Shown here in pieces: positions 1 to 11,313 of a DNA stretch of 64,000 nucleotides (within the stretch, counting starts at the first letter, position 1; every line of letters begins with the position of its first letter). Source of the stretch: Deltaproteobacteria bacterium (lineage in GTDB: Bacteria; Myxococcota_A; UBA796; SXON01); NCBI GenBank assembly GCA_947484175.1, contig CANKOI010000004.1, positions 3,407-67,406 of the forward strand, written 5' to 3'. Both the position numbers and the translations under genes were made by a program. The notes below the pieces were generated by a model. The model had not been told where the DNA came from, did not search any database, and worked only from the letters and a program-made list of their open reading frames with translations.

Positions 1-1066
1 GGCCCTCCCAGTCGGCCTGAACGTCCTTCAGCCACGCGTCGACCGCGCCCTTGTTGGCCACCGGGGCGGGTGTGTGCACCACGGGCCAGGGGTCTTCCAT
101 CGTGCAGCCCTTGAGCTTGGCTTTCGAGCCCCGGAGCTTCGGTTCGAGATCGCGGAGGATCGTCCAGCGGGTGCCCGGCTCCTCGACCGAGGCCACGTGG
201 AGGATCGCCTGCTTCTTGCCGGCGCAGTCGCCCGCTTCGACGGCAGCCGCGCCGTACGTGTACACGCCGCCCTTCGCCACGTCGCCATAGAGCACCGGCA
301 GCAGCTGGGCCGCCGCCGCCTCGGAACCACTGTTCGCGAGCTGGCTGGCCACGGACATCGCCAACTCCTTGTCGACCTTGCTGGCGACGTCGACCATGGT
401 GGCCTCGAAGCGGGCTTGGATTTCCGGGGTGTTGGTGGCGCCCATCTCGGGCTGCGCGGCCTCCCCGATCTTGAAGAGGATGGCGTCGAAGGGGCCGGCC
501 TCGGCGGCGGCCACGGCCCCCTCGCTGAGCACGGGGAGCGAGTCGAGACCGAGCTTCTTCACGTAGATGGACATGAGGTTCACGAACTTCTCGTCGAACT
601 TCTTCTTCGGCGGGCGGCGGATCTCCTTCTCGATCCACGCGGTGATCGCCGGGTCCTCACAGGCCACGAAGGCATCGTCCCACTGCTGGAACTCGATGTC
701 GCGCAGCCCGCTGTAGGCTCCCTTGAGGAAGGTGACCACCAGCGGGCGTTCGGTGCAAGCGAGGCCGACGGCTTGCGCCACCTCGTCGCGCGCCTCATAG
801 TTGCTGATCTTGCCGAGCGCGCCCCACATGGGCTTCCACATCTCGCCCTCGATCGCCACGAATGCGAGGCTGGTGAGGCCGTCCACGTCGGACGCTCGGG
901 CCAACGCGTCGTTGAAGCTCGCTTCGGCGGTGGCCTTGTCGCACCGGGCAAGGTGGCCCCACGCCTCGGCGACGCTCTCGGAACTGGCCGCCTTCACCGC
1001 AGTGATCTGCTTGTCGCACGAAGCGGCGTGGGCGGTGGAGAGGGGCAGGAGCAGCGAGAGGAACAT
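1..1066 (-). CDS. Secreted hypothetical alpha-helical protein (3' end runs off window)
   Basis: Read by hand, absent from the ORF track because it has no stop in the window. ATG at 1066 gives MFLSLLLPLSTAHAASCDKQITAVKAA... with an AHA-A signal peptide; the frame stays open to base 1 with GC3-rich codons. Confidence 0.8.
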   Translation of the reverse strand, partial: MFLSLLLPLSTAHAASCDKQITAVKAASSESVAEAWGHLARCDKATAEASFNDALARASDVDGLTSLAFVAIEGEMWKPMWGALGKISNYEARDEVAQAVGLACTERPLVVTFLKGAYSGLRDIEFQQWDDAFVACEDPAITAWIEKEIRRPPKKKFDEKFVNLMSIYVKKLGLDSLPVLSEGAVAAAEAGPFDAILFKIGEAAQPEMGATNTPEIQARFEATMVDVASKVDKELAMSVASQLANSGSEAAAAQLLPVLYGDVAKGGVYTYGAAAVEAGDCAGKKQAILHVASVEEPGTRWTILRDLEPKLRGSKAKLKGCTMEDPWPVVHTPAPVANKGAVDAWLKDVQADWEG

Positions 1067-1233
1067 CGGGCGGGTCTCCGTTGGGCGCGTGGCTAACACC
1101 GGCGCAAGTCCCGCGCTGGTCTACCGCTTTCAACGGCTCCCGACGGAGGGGCGTTCCGGCGGCGCCGTCCTTTTTGGTCACCCCGCGGTTGAAGCCAACG
1201 CGGGGTTACCGTTCACGCTCCCGGAGCGCCCCG

Positions 1234-1509
1234 ATGTTCGTTGCCCTCGTCCTCGCCGCCTTCGCGGGGAACCCGCCCGCGCCGGTGTCACCCCCTGCCG
1301 CCGGGGCACCCGCGGCGCCTCCCGCGCCCGTCGTTGCCGAGCCGCCCGCCCCCTGCGGTTCCGTGGTGGTCGTCGCCCCCGCCGTGGTCACGGCGCCCAC
1401 CGCGGTCGCTGCGTTCCCCGTCGCGGTGGTTCCCCTCCTCGAGTTACCAGGCGCTTCCAGCGAGAAGTGCTCCGTGCCGCCCCCTTCCCCCGCCACGATC
1501 AAGCAGTAG
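1234..1509 (+). CDS. Small secreted Pro/Ala-rich protein
   Basis: MFVALVLAAFAGNPPAP... signal peptide then low-complexity Pro/Ala/Val with two Cys; divergent from the upstream gene. Confidence 0.45.
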   Translation: MFVALVLAAFAGNPPAPVSPPAAGAPAAPPAPVVAEPPAPCGSVVVVAPAVVTAPTAVAAFPVAVVPLLELPGASSEKCSVPPPSPATIKQ

Positions 1510-1636
1510 CCTCCGAGCCGGCCAGAGCCCCCTACTCGGCGCACAGCTTTCCGTTGAGGTAGATGCTCGAACTGCCGGCCGACAGGGTCGGCACGCCGGC
1601 AACGGCCGATGCCGCCTGCCGCTGCACCCGCTTTCT

Positions 1637-3457
1637 TTACTCGAACAGCCCCTCTTCGAGGCAGCTCTCGTCGCCCGCCTGAATGCTTTTGGCGAGGGCG
1701 GTGGCCCCCGGCAGGATGTTCTTCATGTAGAAGCGAGCGTTGGCCAGCTTGCCCTTGTAGAACTTCAGGTCGTCGCCGCTGGCGCCGTTTTGGATGGCCT
1801 CGTGGGCGATGCGCGCCTGCCATAGGCTGTGCAGGCCGATCACGACGGTGCCGAACAGTTCGAGGAAGGGGCTTGCTTGGAGCATGGCGCCGCGCAGGTT
1901 GCCCTGCTGCCCCACCATGCCGAGGTGCATCGCGGTCTGGCCGAGCTGATCGCGCGCGCGTTCCAACAACGCCACCTCATCGCCGAGGGCGGCCACGGTG
2001 CGGCAGCGCTCCAGTTCGGTGTTGGCTTCGTTGAGCCACGCCATGAACAACATGCCGCTGCCCTTCCGCATCTTTCGCCCGAGCAGGTCCATCGCCTGGA
2101 TGCCGTTGGTGCCTTCGTAGATCGAGGTGATCTTGGCGTCGCGAACGTACTGCTCCGCGGGGTACTCGCCGATGTAGCCGTAGCCGCCGAAGCATTGCAG
2201 GGCGGTCACGCACACGTCGAAGCCGCGGTCGGAGATGTGGGACTTCACGATGGGCGTCATCAACTCCACGAGGCCGAGGAGGTACTCCTTGTCTGCGTCG
2301 TCGCCGTGGTGGGTGCGGTCGAAGCGGTTGGCCACGCTGTAGATGAGCGAGCGCATGCCCTCGACCTGGCACTTCATTTTGAGCAGCATCCGGCGCACGT
2401 CGGGGTGCTGGTTGATGGGGATGCGCGGGGGATCGGCCTCGCGGTAGGACTCCACCGCGGAGCCCTGGACACGATCGCGCGTGTAGGCGAGCGCATTCTG
2501 GTAGGCGCCGCTCGCGAGCCCGAGGCTCTGCACGCCCACGCCGATGCGCGCTTCGTTCATCATCCGGAACATGATCTCCATGCCCTGGCCGGCGGCGCCC
2601 AAGAGGTAGCCGACGCAGGTGGACGAGGCGCCCAGCGCGAGGGTGCAGGTGGCGCTGCCGTTGATCCCCATCTTGTGCTCGATGCCCACCACCTTCGCGT
2701 CGTTACGGCCGAGCAGGGCGCCCGACGTGTCGAAGAGGAACTTCGGCACCACGAAGATGCTGAGGCCCTTGGTGCCGGGAGGCGCGTCGGGCAGGCGGGC
2801 GAGCACCAGGTGGAGGATGTTCGCTACGAGGTCCTGATCGCCGCCGGAGATGAACACCTTCTCGCCGGTGAGGTGGAACACGTTGGGGTCGGCCGTGGGT
2901 TCGGCGCGGGCGCGGTTGTCGCCCACCGCCGTGCCGGCGCCGGCCTCGGTGAGGCACATCGTGCCGCCCCATTGCCCGCCCAGCATCCGGTGTACGGCGG
3001 TGTCACGAATCCACGCGGGCGTACCCTCCCAGGTGAGCAGGTTCGCCGCCGCGCGGGTGAGGCCCGGGTACATGTTGAAGGCGGTGGCCGCGCCCGAGAT
3101 CATCTCGTGGGTGGCCACATCGATCACGTGCGGGATGCCCTGCCCACCGAACTCGGGATCCGTGGAGGCGGCGATGAGGCCGGCCTCGGCCACGGCCTTG
3201 TACACCGGCTTGAAGCAGTCTGGCGTGGTGACGTTGCCGTCCCCATCCAGCTTCACGCCCTCCCGGTCCCCCACCTTGTTGACGGGCGCCACGGTGTTCA
3301 CCGCGAGGTCGGCCGCCATGTCGAGGATGGCCTCGTACATGTCCTTGTCGAAGGCCTCGTACCGCGGGATGTTGCCGAGCTCTTCGTGGACCTTCAGCTG
3401 CTCAAAGAGCACGAACTTGATGTCACGAAGGTCTACACGGTAGTCGGTGGCGCTCAA
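1637..3457 (-). CDS. Acyl-CoA dehydrogenase (long ~600-aa type with C-terminal domain)
   Basis: Motifs GTMCLTEAGAG, GEKVFISGG, HKMGINGSAT, GGYGY, IYEGTNGIQAMDL. Confidence 0.95.
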   Translation of the reverse strand: MSATDYRVDLRDIKFVLFEQLKVHEELGNIPRYEAFDKDMYEAILDMAADLAVNTVAPVNKVGDREGVKLDGDGNVTTPDCFKPVYKAVAEAGLIAASTDPEFGGQGIPHVIDVATHEMISGAATAFNMYPGLTRAAANLLTWEGTPAWIRDTAVHRMLGGQWGGTMCLTEAGAGTAVGDNRARAEPTADPNVFHLTGEKVFISGGDQDLVANILHLVLARLPDAPPGTKGLSIFVVPKFLFDTSGALLGRNDAKVVGIEHKMGINGSATCTLALGASSTCVGYLLGAAGQGMEIMFRMMNEARIGVGVQSLGLASGAYQNALAYTRDRVQGSAVESYREADPPRIPINQHPDVRRMLLKMKCQVEGMRSLIYSVANRFDRTHHGDDADKEYLLGLVELMTPIVKSHISDRGFDVCVTALQCFGGYGYIGEYPAEQYVRDAKITSIYEGTNGIQAMDLLGRKMRKGSGMLFMAWLNEANTELERCRTVAALGDEVALLERARDQLGQTAMHLGMVGQQGNLRGAMLQASPFLELFGTVVIGLHSLWQARIAHEAIQNGASGDDLKFYKGKLANARFYMKNILPGATALAKSIQAGDESCLEEGLFE

Positions 3458-3499
3458 GGGAACCTCGGAATGAATGAAGCCTCATTCACATAACCAAGG

Positions 3500-4507
<1,008 letters not shown>

Positions 4508-4547
4508 GGCGGGAGTATGCCACGGCGGCGGGCGCCTCGCGCGGCCC

Positions 4548-6332
4548 TCAACGGTCGAGGTGCCCCACGTCGGAGTCGCCCATCTCCACCCCGCCGCTCG
4601 GGAAATACTCGCCCCAGCGCCGGCCTACGAGCGCGGCGGTGTCGGGGTCGCAGAACAGTTCGCGGGGGTAGGTGGGCTTCACCCGCGCGTCGAGGAGCAC
4701 GGAGCCCTCGAAGACCACGTGGTTCCGCTGGATGCGTCGGCTGCCGTGCAGGTCGGCGGCCGGCTCCATGCGCGTGAACGCCGTCCACAGGAAGCGGCTG
4801 TCGGTGCGCGTGGCCTCGGCCGCCTTGTCCACCAGCACGACGAGTGGCCAACCGGGGAACGCGCCGGCGAGACGATCCGCGGCGCCCGCCTCCTGCGAGT
4901 AGCTCGGACCCTCCACCACGAGGCAACCCCCGCAGTACACCGAAACCGCCCGCACCCCCGACGGCAGCTCACCACGGTAGGCGCGCGGCAGCTCGCGCAC
5001 CGGTTCGCCCACCCCCATCATCACGCCCTTGCTGCCTTCGTTGATGGCGGGGCCGGCGTAGTCGAGGGTGTCCATCGACAGGTTGCTGAACACGTAGAGG
5101 TCGGTTTCGGGGCGGAATCGGGCGAGGATGTGCTCGAGCACCGGCTTGAAGTCGCGGAGGTCCATCGGCTGATCCAGCAGCAGCAGGAACTTGGTGAGTG
5201 AGAGCTGTCCTTCTCCGAGGATGCGGAAGGCACTTGCCATCGCCTCCCGCCGGTAGCGCTCCTGCACCACTGCGGCAGACAGCGCGTGGTACCCGGTTTC
5301 GCCGTAGCTCCACAGGTCGCGCACCGCGGGCATCACCACCGGAAAGAGCGGGCTGAGCAGCTCTTGCAGCCAGTCGCCGAGGAAGAAATCTTCCTGGCGG
5401 GGCTTGCCCACGACGGTGGCCGGCCAGATGGCGCCCTTCCGGTGGCAGACCTTGGCCACGCGGAACACCGGGAAGTCGTGCTCCAGCGAGTAGTAGCCGT
5501 AGTGATCCCCGAACGGTCCCTCGGGTTCGCGCACGCCCGGCGGCACCTCGCCGACAATGGCGAACTCGCAGTCGGCGACCAGCGGGAGAGGTCCCGCGGG
5601 GTTGTCGCAGCGGCGGAGGCGCTCCCCGACGAGGAGCGAGGCGAGGAGCAACTCGGGCACGTTCTCCGGCAAAGGCGCGATGGCGCTGGCGATGAGCCCC
5701 GGCGGGCCGCCCACAAACAAGTTCACGGGCAGGGCGCGGCCAGCCTGCTCGGCCACATGGTGGTGAAAGCCGCCGCCCTTGCCGATCTGCCAGTGCATGC
5801 CGGTGCGATCGTCGGCTTTGCGGTGAATCCGGTACATGCCCAGATTGTGCGCCCCGGTGGTCGGATGCTCGGTGTACACCAGCGGCAGGGTGACAAACGC
5901 TCCGCCATCCTCCGGCCAGCTCGTGAGCATGGGGAGCTGAGTGAGCATGGGGGGGGAGACAACTTCGGTGACGGGGCCCGAGGCGGAGTGGCTCAGGCCG
6001 AGGTCGAGGGCCTGCCAGCCGAAGTCGCGGAGCCCCCAGATTTTGCCCAACGACGGGGGCATCAGCTCGTGAGGCAGGCCCGCAGCGCGCTTCACGAAGT
6101 CGTTGGCGCGCCGACCGAACGCCAGATCGACCCGACGCTTGCTGCCGAACAGGTTGGTCACCACCGGAAAGCGGCTGCCGGTGGGATTCTTGAACAGGAG
6201 GGCCGGGCCGCCCGCCGCGATCACCCGACGATGCACCTCGGCGATCTCAAGGTGGGGGTTCACCTCGGCCTCGACCTCCACCAGCTCGCCCTCGCGCCGC
6301 AAAACGTCGAGAAGGGCTCGCAGATCACGCAT
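4548..6332 (-). CDS. ubiD: UbiD-family (prFMN) decarboxylase, long menaquinone-pathway type
   Basis: GGPALLF, NLGMYR, EGPFGDHYGYY, VVGKPRQED, DTLDY motifs. Confidence 0.9.
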   Translation of the reverse strand: MRDLRALLDVLRREGELVEVEAEVNPHLEIAEVHRRVIAAGGPALLFKNPTGSRFPVVTNLFGSKRRVDLAFGRRANDFVKRAAGLPHELMPPSLGKIWGLRDFGWQALDLGLSHSASGPVTEVVSPPMLTQLPMLTSWPEDGGAFVTLPLVYTEHPTTGAHNLGMYRIHRKADDRTGMHWQIGKGGGFHHHVAEQAGRALPVNLFVGGPPGLIASAIAPLPENVPELLLASLLVGERLRRCDNPAGPLPLVADCEFAIVGEVPPGVREPEGPFGDHYGYYSLEHDFPVFRVAKVCHRKGAIWPATVVGKPRQEDFFLGDWLQELLSPLFPVVMPAVRDLWSYGETGYHALSAAVVQERYRREAMASAFRILGEGQLSLTKFLLLLDQPMDLRDFKPVLEHILARFRPETDLYVFSNLSMDTLDYAGPAINEGSKGVMMGVGEPVRELPRAYRGELPSGVRAVSVYCGGCLVVEGPSYSQEAGAADRLAGAFPGWPLVVLVDKAAEATRTDSRFLWTAFTRMEPAADLHGSRRIQRNHVVFEGSVLLDARVKPTYPRELFCDPDTAALVGRRWGEYFPSGGVEMGDSDVGHLDR

Positions 6333-6390
6333 CGAGGTGCCAGAAGAAGGCGCGGGCTTAGCACGCCGGGCGCGCGCTTGGCGGGCAAGG

Positions 6391-6467
6391 TGGCGCTCTC
6401 GGCTGGGATCGAACCAGCAACCACGCGATTAGAAATCGCGTGCTCTGTCCAGTTGAGCTACGAGAGC
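6391..6467 (-). tRNA. tRNA-Arg(TCT)
   Basis: Reverse complement GCTCTCG TAGCTCAACTGGACAGAGCA CGCGA TT-TCT-AA TCGCG TGGTT GCTGG TTCGATC CCAGC CGAGAGC G CCA. Full cloverleaf with encoded CCA. Confidence 0.97.
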
Positions 6468-6520
6468 GTTTCGGCGACGTCGACGGCGCCGAGCACGGGT
6501 AGACTAATCGCGGAGGCAGC

Positions 6521-7561
6521 ATGGGGCGAGTACACGGCTGGTTGGTGGTTCTGGCGGCGGGCGGGTGTGCGAGCGACATCGGCGTCACCCAGACGGCGAA
6601 GTGCAACGGGCAGCTCGAAGCGGCCGAGGGCAAGGACGTCGACGCCCCCTTCGACGCCGACGAGGACGGTTTTTTCGCGGGTGACAACGCGGGCTGCGTA
6701 GCCACCTACCCGGCCGATCGCCTCGACTGCGACGATCGGAACGCCGACGTGAACCCCAACGGCGTGGAGGAGATCTGCAACGGGTCGGACGACGACTGCA
6801 ATCCCGACACCATCGACGACAGCGACGACGACGACGACGGCTACCCCGCGTGCGGCGACGACTGCGACGACCAGAACGCCGACGTGCACCCCAACGCGGC
6901 CGAAACCGAGTGCGACCTCCTCGACAACGACTGCGACGCCGGCACGCCCGACGGCCTCGATCAGGACGCCGACGGCTACACCGAGTGCGACGACTGCGCC
7001 GACCTCGCACCCGCCATCAACCCGGGCACCGCCGAGCTGGCCTGCAACAGCCTCGACGACGACTGCGACGCGGCGACCCTCGACGCCCTCGACGCGGACG
7101 GCGACGGCGTGAGCGTGTGCAGCGACGACTGCGATGACAGCGACCCCACGCGGTTTCCGGGCAACGAAGAGGTCTGCGACAACGGCATCGACGACGACTG
7201 CAGCGGGAAGGCCGACGACGGCTGCGACTACGGCGGCACCTGGGACCTCGATGTCTCCGTGTCGTACAGCTGCGCGTGGGGCCTCGTGAGCTTCAACTTT
7301 GATCAGCTCGTGGTGACCGACCTCAATCCCACGATCAAGTTCGCGGCCGGCGGCACCCAGCCGGGCACGATGGTGGGGAGCGTCACGTCGTCAGCGGAGT
7401 TCGACGCCGACAACCAGCTCCCTGGCTCCTGCACGGAGACCTACGCCATCGAGGGCCAGTTCACGGACTACAACAACTTCGATGCCGTGTTCACCGCCAG
7501 CTACGCGGGTAGTTGCTACGACTGCAACAATCAGAGCTACGACATCCACGGCGTGCGCTGA
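6521..7561 (+). CDS. Lipoprotein with tandem putative metal-binding (MopE-like) Cys/Asp motifs
   Basis: LAAGGC lipobox; four DC-x-D...NP-x-x-x-E-x-C...DDDC repeats; GGAGG SD upstream. Confidence 0.85.
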   Translation: MGRVHGWLVVLAAGGCASDIGVTQTAKCNGQLEAAEGKDVDAPFDADEDGFFAGDNAGCVATYPADRLDCDDRNADVNPNGVEEICNGSDDDCNPDTIDDSDDDDDGYPACGDDCDDQNADVHPNAAETECDLLDNDCDAGTPDGLDQDADGYTECDDCADLAPAINPGTAELACNSLDDDCDAATLDALDADGDGVSVCSDDCDDSDPTRFPGNEEVCDNGIDDDCSGKADDGCDYGGTWDLDVSVSYSCAWGLVSFNFDQLVVTDLNPTIKFAAGGTQPGTMVGSVTSSAEFDADNQLPGSCTETYAIEGQFTDYNNFDAVFTASYAGSCYDCNNQSYDIHGVR

Positions 7562-7586
7562 GCGCCGCCTGCGATACTCGTAAAGA

Positions 7587-9527
7587 GTGACCGTCGCTCT
7601 CCTCCCGTTGTTGCTGGGTTTGCTGGCCTGTGTGCCGGCGGAGTCGGGAGACGAGACGGCCGGGGCGGACACGGCCGCGGACACGGCGTCGCCGCCGCTC
7701 GAACCCCCGGAGCTGATCTTCGTGGTGATGGGCGACGACCTCGCGGCGAACGTGCTCTGGGCCATGCCCACCGTACAAGCGCGCTTGGTGCCCGAGTGTG
7801 TTCGGTTTCTCCGGGCGTACACGACGGTGCCGCTCTGCTGCCCGGTGCGCGCCAGCCTTTTCGCCGGCGGGGAGTATCCCCGGAATACCGGCGTGCAGTC
7901 GAACGAGCTGCCGAACGGGGGCTTCGAGAGCTTTCACGACACGGACACCCTTCCCACGCGCCTGCAGGCGGCCGGGTTTCGTACTGCGCTCATGGGCAAG
8001 TACTTGAACGGCTACGAGCTCAACCCGCTGCTCTACATCCCGCCCGGCTGGGACCTCTTCGTGGGCTCGAGCGGGGCCGGCAACGGCTACGACACCATCC
8101 TCGTGCAGGGATCATCCAGCCCCACGGCCCCAGGGGTTGGCGCACGCGCAGACACCGACGGTGCCTACAGCACCGACTGGTTCTTCGAGCGGGCACGCGA
8201 CTTCGTGGACGAGTCTGCGGGCGCGCCCACGGTCGTTTTCCTGACCCTCACCGCCCCGCACTACGACATGCCGCCCGCCACCGAGGACGTGGGCACATGG
8301 GCCGACTACTCGTCGCGCCCGCCGTCGTTTCAAGAGGCTGACGTCAGCGACAAGCCGGGCTGGCTGCAGGACGTGGCCGCTGAGAGCGAAGCCGCGGCCA
8401 CGGACTTCGACGCGACCGCTCGGTCGATGTTGGAGTCGCTGGCAGCGATCGACCGCGGAATCGGCGGCCTGCTCGACCACCTCGACGAGCGCGGGCTTCG
8501 CGAGCGCACGGCACTGGTGCTTGTGGGCGACAACGGCGTGCTGCACGGAGAGCACTGGCTCATGGGAAAGGGGGTGCCGTACGAGGAGTCGGTGACGGTA
8601 CCGCTGCTCGTGGCCCTGCCCGGCGTGGCCGCACGGGACGACCGCCGCCTCGTGGCGATGAACCTCGACCTACCGGCGACGATCGCCGATTTCGCGGGGC
8701 TGGAGGCATGGGGAGAGGGCGAGAGTCTCCGCTCCGCCCTCGCGGACCCCGAGGCGCAGGCGGGCCGCGATCACGTGTTCATCGAGTCGGCGGTCGGCAA
8801 CCATCCGGTCTGGGCCGGTGTCGTGACGGAGCGGTGGAAGTACGTGGAGTGGGGCGACGGCGCGACGGAGTTGTACGACCTTGAGGCCGATCCCTACGAG
8901 ATGGAAAGCCTGCACGATGCGGTGCCGGCGGCCGTCGACTTGGACTCGTTCGGCGCGTGGGTCGATGAACATCGTTCGCTGGCGGTCACCACGCTCGTGA
9001 CCGCGCCGGCCCTCGTGGAGGTGCCTTTCTCCGAAACGCTCACCGCGTGGGGAGGCACCCCGCCGCTCCGGTGGATCCTCGAGACCGGGAGCCTGCCCGA
9101 CGGGATCGTGCTCGGCGAGGAGGGGGTGCTGTCGGGGGTGGCCACGACGGCTGGAAGCGCGTGGGTGCGGGTGCGGGTGACGGATTCGGTGCTCTCGCCG
9201 CTCACGGGTGAGCCGGCTCACTTCACCGGAACGATCGAGATTCCGGTAGTGGCGGCGCAGGCCGTGGCCGCGGCCGAACCGCTGGTGCGGCGCCTGCCCG
9301 CGGCCGTGCCGACCTTCCGCGTGGTCGCACGCCCGGGCTTGCCCGTTCAGCTCCGTGCGAGCCGCGATGACACCGGCGATTCGCCCAGCGTGTGGTCGGC
9401 AGCAGGGCGCACGGACGCGCGGGGGCGGGCTGTCCTCGCCCTTCCCGGGCTCGCGGCGCCCGGCGGGTGGCACCTCTACGCGGTCGTAGACGGCGTGGAG
9501 GTGGCCGCAGGCAACGTGGCTCCCTGA
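7587..9527 (+). CDS. Sulfatase-family lipoprotein with C-terminal putative Ig (He_PIG-like) domain
   Basis: FGly motif CCPVRA, GKYLNGY, GDNG..HGEH, ELYDL..DPYE; later GGTPPLRW...GSLPDGI Ig motif. Confidence 0.9.
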   Translation: MTVALLPLLLGLLACVPAESGDETAGADTAADTASPPLEPPELIFVVMGDDLAANVLWAMPTVQARLVPECVRFLRAYTTVPLCCPVRASLFAGGEYPRNTGVQSNELPNGGFESFHDTDTLPTRLQAAGFRTALMGKYLNGYELNPLLYIPPGWDLFVGSSGAGNGYDTILVQGSSSPTAPGVGARADTDGAYSTDWFFERARDFVDESAGAPTVVFLTLTAPHYDMPPATEDVGTWADYSSRPPSFQEADVSDKPGWLQDVAAESEAAATDFDATARSMLESLAAIDRGIGGLLDHLDERGLRERTALVLVGDNGVLHGEHWLMGKGVPYEESVTVPLLVALPGVAARDDRRLVAMNLDLPATIADFAGLEAWGEGESLRSALADPEAQAGRDHVFIESAVGNHPVWAGVVTERWKYVEWGDGATELYDLEADPYEMESLHDAVPAAVDLDSFGAWVDEHRSLAVTTLVTAPALVEVPFSETLTAWGGTPPLRWILETGSLPDGIVLGEEGVLSGVATTAGSAWVRVRVTDSVLSPLTGEPAHFTGTIEIPVVAAQAVAAAEPLVRRLPAAVPTFRVVARPGLPVQLRASRDDTGDSPSVWSAAGRTDARGRAVLALPGLAAPGGWHLYAVVDGVEVAAGNVAP

Positions 9528-9538
9528 GCGGCGGGGCC

Positions 9539-10150
9539 TCAGCCGACGATGCGGAGCACGTCGGCGGGGGCGAGCCGCGGCTTCCGCGGCGAGTTGCCAG
9601 CGGCGGCGCGGCCCACGACGATGACCATGAGCGGTGGGTGGTCTGCGTCGAGCCAGAGGATCTCGGAGAAGGCGGTGGGGTCGAACCCGATCATCGGGCA
9701 GGAAGCGAGCCCCCGCTCCTGCGCGGCCAGCATCAGGCTCATGCCCGAGAGCCCCACGGAGCGCAGCGACTCCTCGCGCGCCCGGACGGGGTTGCTGTAG
9801 GCTTGGGTGGCCATGCCGACCATGCGCTCCATCACATCGGCGGGCACCTCGCCTGCGGCGGCGGCGGCCCGCATCCGGACGGCGTAGGCTTCGTGCGCCT
9901 TGAGGCTGCCGGTGAGCACAAACACCGCCGCCGCGGCACCGATCTTCGGCTGGTTCCACGCCGCCGCCATGAGCCGCTGCTTGGTGGCCGTGTCGGTAAC
10001 GGCGACAAAGCGGGTGAACTGGATGTTGAAGCTGCTGGGGGCCTCTTGCGCGAGGGCGACGAGGGCGGTGATCTCGTCCCCGGACAGCGTGGCCTCCGCG
10101 TCGAAATTGTTGCTGGACACGCGGGTCTGGAGGGCTTCGGAAACGTTCAC
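9539..10150 (-). CDS. Nitroreductase family protein
   Basis: GTG start at 10150; RVSSNNF, APSSFNIQ, LMLAAQERGLASCPMIGFD. Confidence 0.9.
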   Translation of the reverse strand: MNVSEALQTRVSSNNFDAEATLSGDEITALVALAQEAPSSFNIQFTRFVAVTDTATKQRLMAAAWNQPKIGAAAAVFVLTGSLKAHEAYAVRMRAAAAAGEVPADVMERMVGMATQAYSNPVRAREESLRSVGLSGMSLMLAAQERGLASCPMIGFDPTAFSEILWLDADHPPLMVIVVGRAAAGNSPRKPRLAPADVLRIVG

Positions 10151-10246
10151 GGCGGCACCAGGGGATGAGCGCGCGTGGCTATCCGCGTACCGCCCGAGCC
10201 GAGGGGCCATTCCCAATCGGCGACCGGTGCGGTAGGCTGCGCCACC

Positions 10247-10600
10247 ATGTTCCTTGTGCTGCTTGCCCTCGCCTCCGCCGAACCTGAAGCCGACGACGAC
10301 GTGACCGACCTCGATGCCGAAGAGGGACACCTTCCCGACGGCGCGGTGGCTGGGGTGATGGCCAAGAACGAGTCCTCGGTAATGGACTGCTCGCGCCGCT
10401 TCGGCACGCGTGCCACCCACGGTCGCATCGAGTTTTCCTGGCAGATTGAGCTCGATGGCACCGTGAGCCACTTGAAGCTGGTGGAGTCCGCGCTCAAGAA
10501 TCCGCTGCTCGAAGAGTGCCTCACCGGTGCCGTGCAGAAGCTGCAGTTCCCGAAGCCGCGTGGCGGCACCGTGCACGCCTCCCACGCCTTCAGTTTCTGA
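10247..10600 (+). CDS. AgmX/PglI C-terminal (TonB-C-like) domain secreted protein
   Basis: Signal peptide; C...GRIEFSWQIELDGTV...ECL...LQFPKPRGGTVHASHAFSF pattern. Confidence 0.75.
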   Translation: MFLVLLALASAEPEADDDVTDLDAEEGHLPDGAVAGVMAKNESSVMDCSRRFGTRATHGRIEFSWQIELDGTVSHLKLVESALKNPLLEECLTGAVQKLQFPKPRGGTVHASHAFSF

Positions 10601-10602
10601 AG

Positions 10603-11313
10603 GTGGACGGTGCGGCGCTCGCCGTGGTGTGGGCGAGTGTCTCGGGCGGGGTAGGGGCACACTCGGTGCTTCCGCCCGCTCCGCCGTCTTCCGCTGTGCT
10701 GGCGGAGGCGGCGGCCGGCAAGGTGGGGCGCGTGGCGCTTGACGAGGCGGGGGTGGCCGCATGGGGCGTTCTGCCCGTCTCCCAGCCCCTGCTCTGGCTC
10801 ACGCTCACCGACGACCACCTCTCGGATTCGGTGGACGCGCTCGCCGAAACCGCGCTTGAGGGCCGCTGGTCCTCGCCGAAGTTGCTCTACCAGCGGATCG
10901 ACCTGCCGTGGCCGTTCGCGGACCGCCACTGGGTGCTCCGGCTCGCGAACAACACGCCGTTGGCCCGCGCCTCGGGCGTGTGGGAGCGGTCGTGGTCGGT
11001 GGACGAAGGCTCCCTTTCGGGCGCCCGAGCCCGGACCGACGCGGAGCTCTTCGACTCAAGTACCGCCGTTGCCGTGAACCGCGGCGCGTGGCTGCTCGTG
11101 CCGGTCGACGGGGCGCACACCCTTGCCGTGTACCAGGCGTGGACGGACCTCGGCGGCAACATCCCCGCGGAGGCGGCGGAGTCGTGGGCTCGGTCGTCGC
11201 TGACGGGCCTGTACGCAGGGCTCACGAAGCATTCCCGAGTGGTGAGAGCGCGCTACGGGTCCGGATGTGAGGGCCAACTCGGCGGCGACGGCGTGCCGAT
11301 CCCCTGCTTCTAA
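10603..11313 (+). CDS. START/SRPBCC-like lipid-binding protein
   Basis: YQRIDLPWPFADRHWV, NRGAWLL, DLGGNIP typical of START domains; start codon uncertain. Confidence 0.7.
   Translation: MDGAALAVVWASVSGGVGAHSVLPPAPPSSAVLAEAAAGKVGRVALDEAGVAAWGVLPVSQPLLWLTLTDDHLSDSVDALAETALEGRWSSPKLLYQRIDLPWPFADRHWVLRLANNTPLARASGVWERSWSVDEGSLSGARARTDAELFDSSTAVAVNRGAWLLVPVDGAHTLAVYQAWTDLGGNIPAEAAESWARSSLTGLYAGLTKHSRVVRARYGSGCEGQLGGDGVPIPCF

Noticed and set aside
6391-6467. tRNA-Arg as an integration site for an island or prophage
   Set aside because: No integrase and no duplicated tRNA 3' end noticed in the window.
6700-7230. GACGAC-rich repeats as a non-coding array
   Set aside because: Explained by the coding Cys/Asp metal-binding motifs of the lipoprotein.
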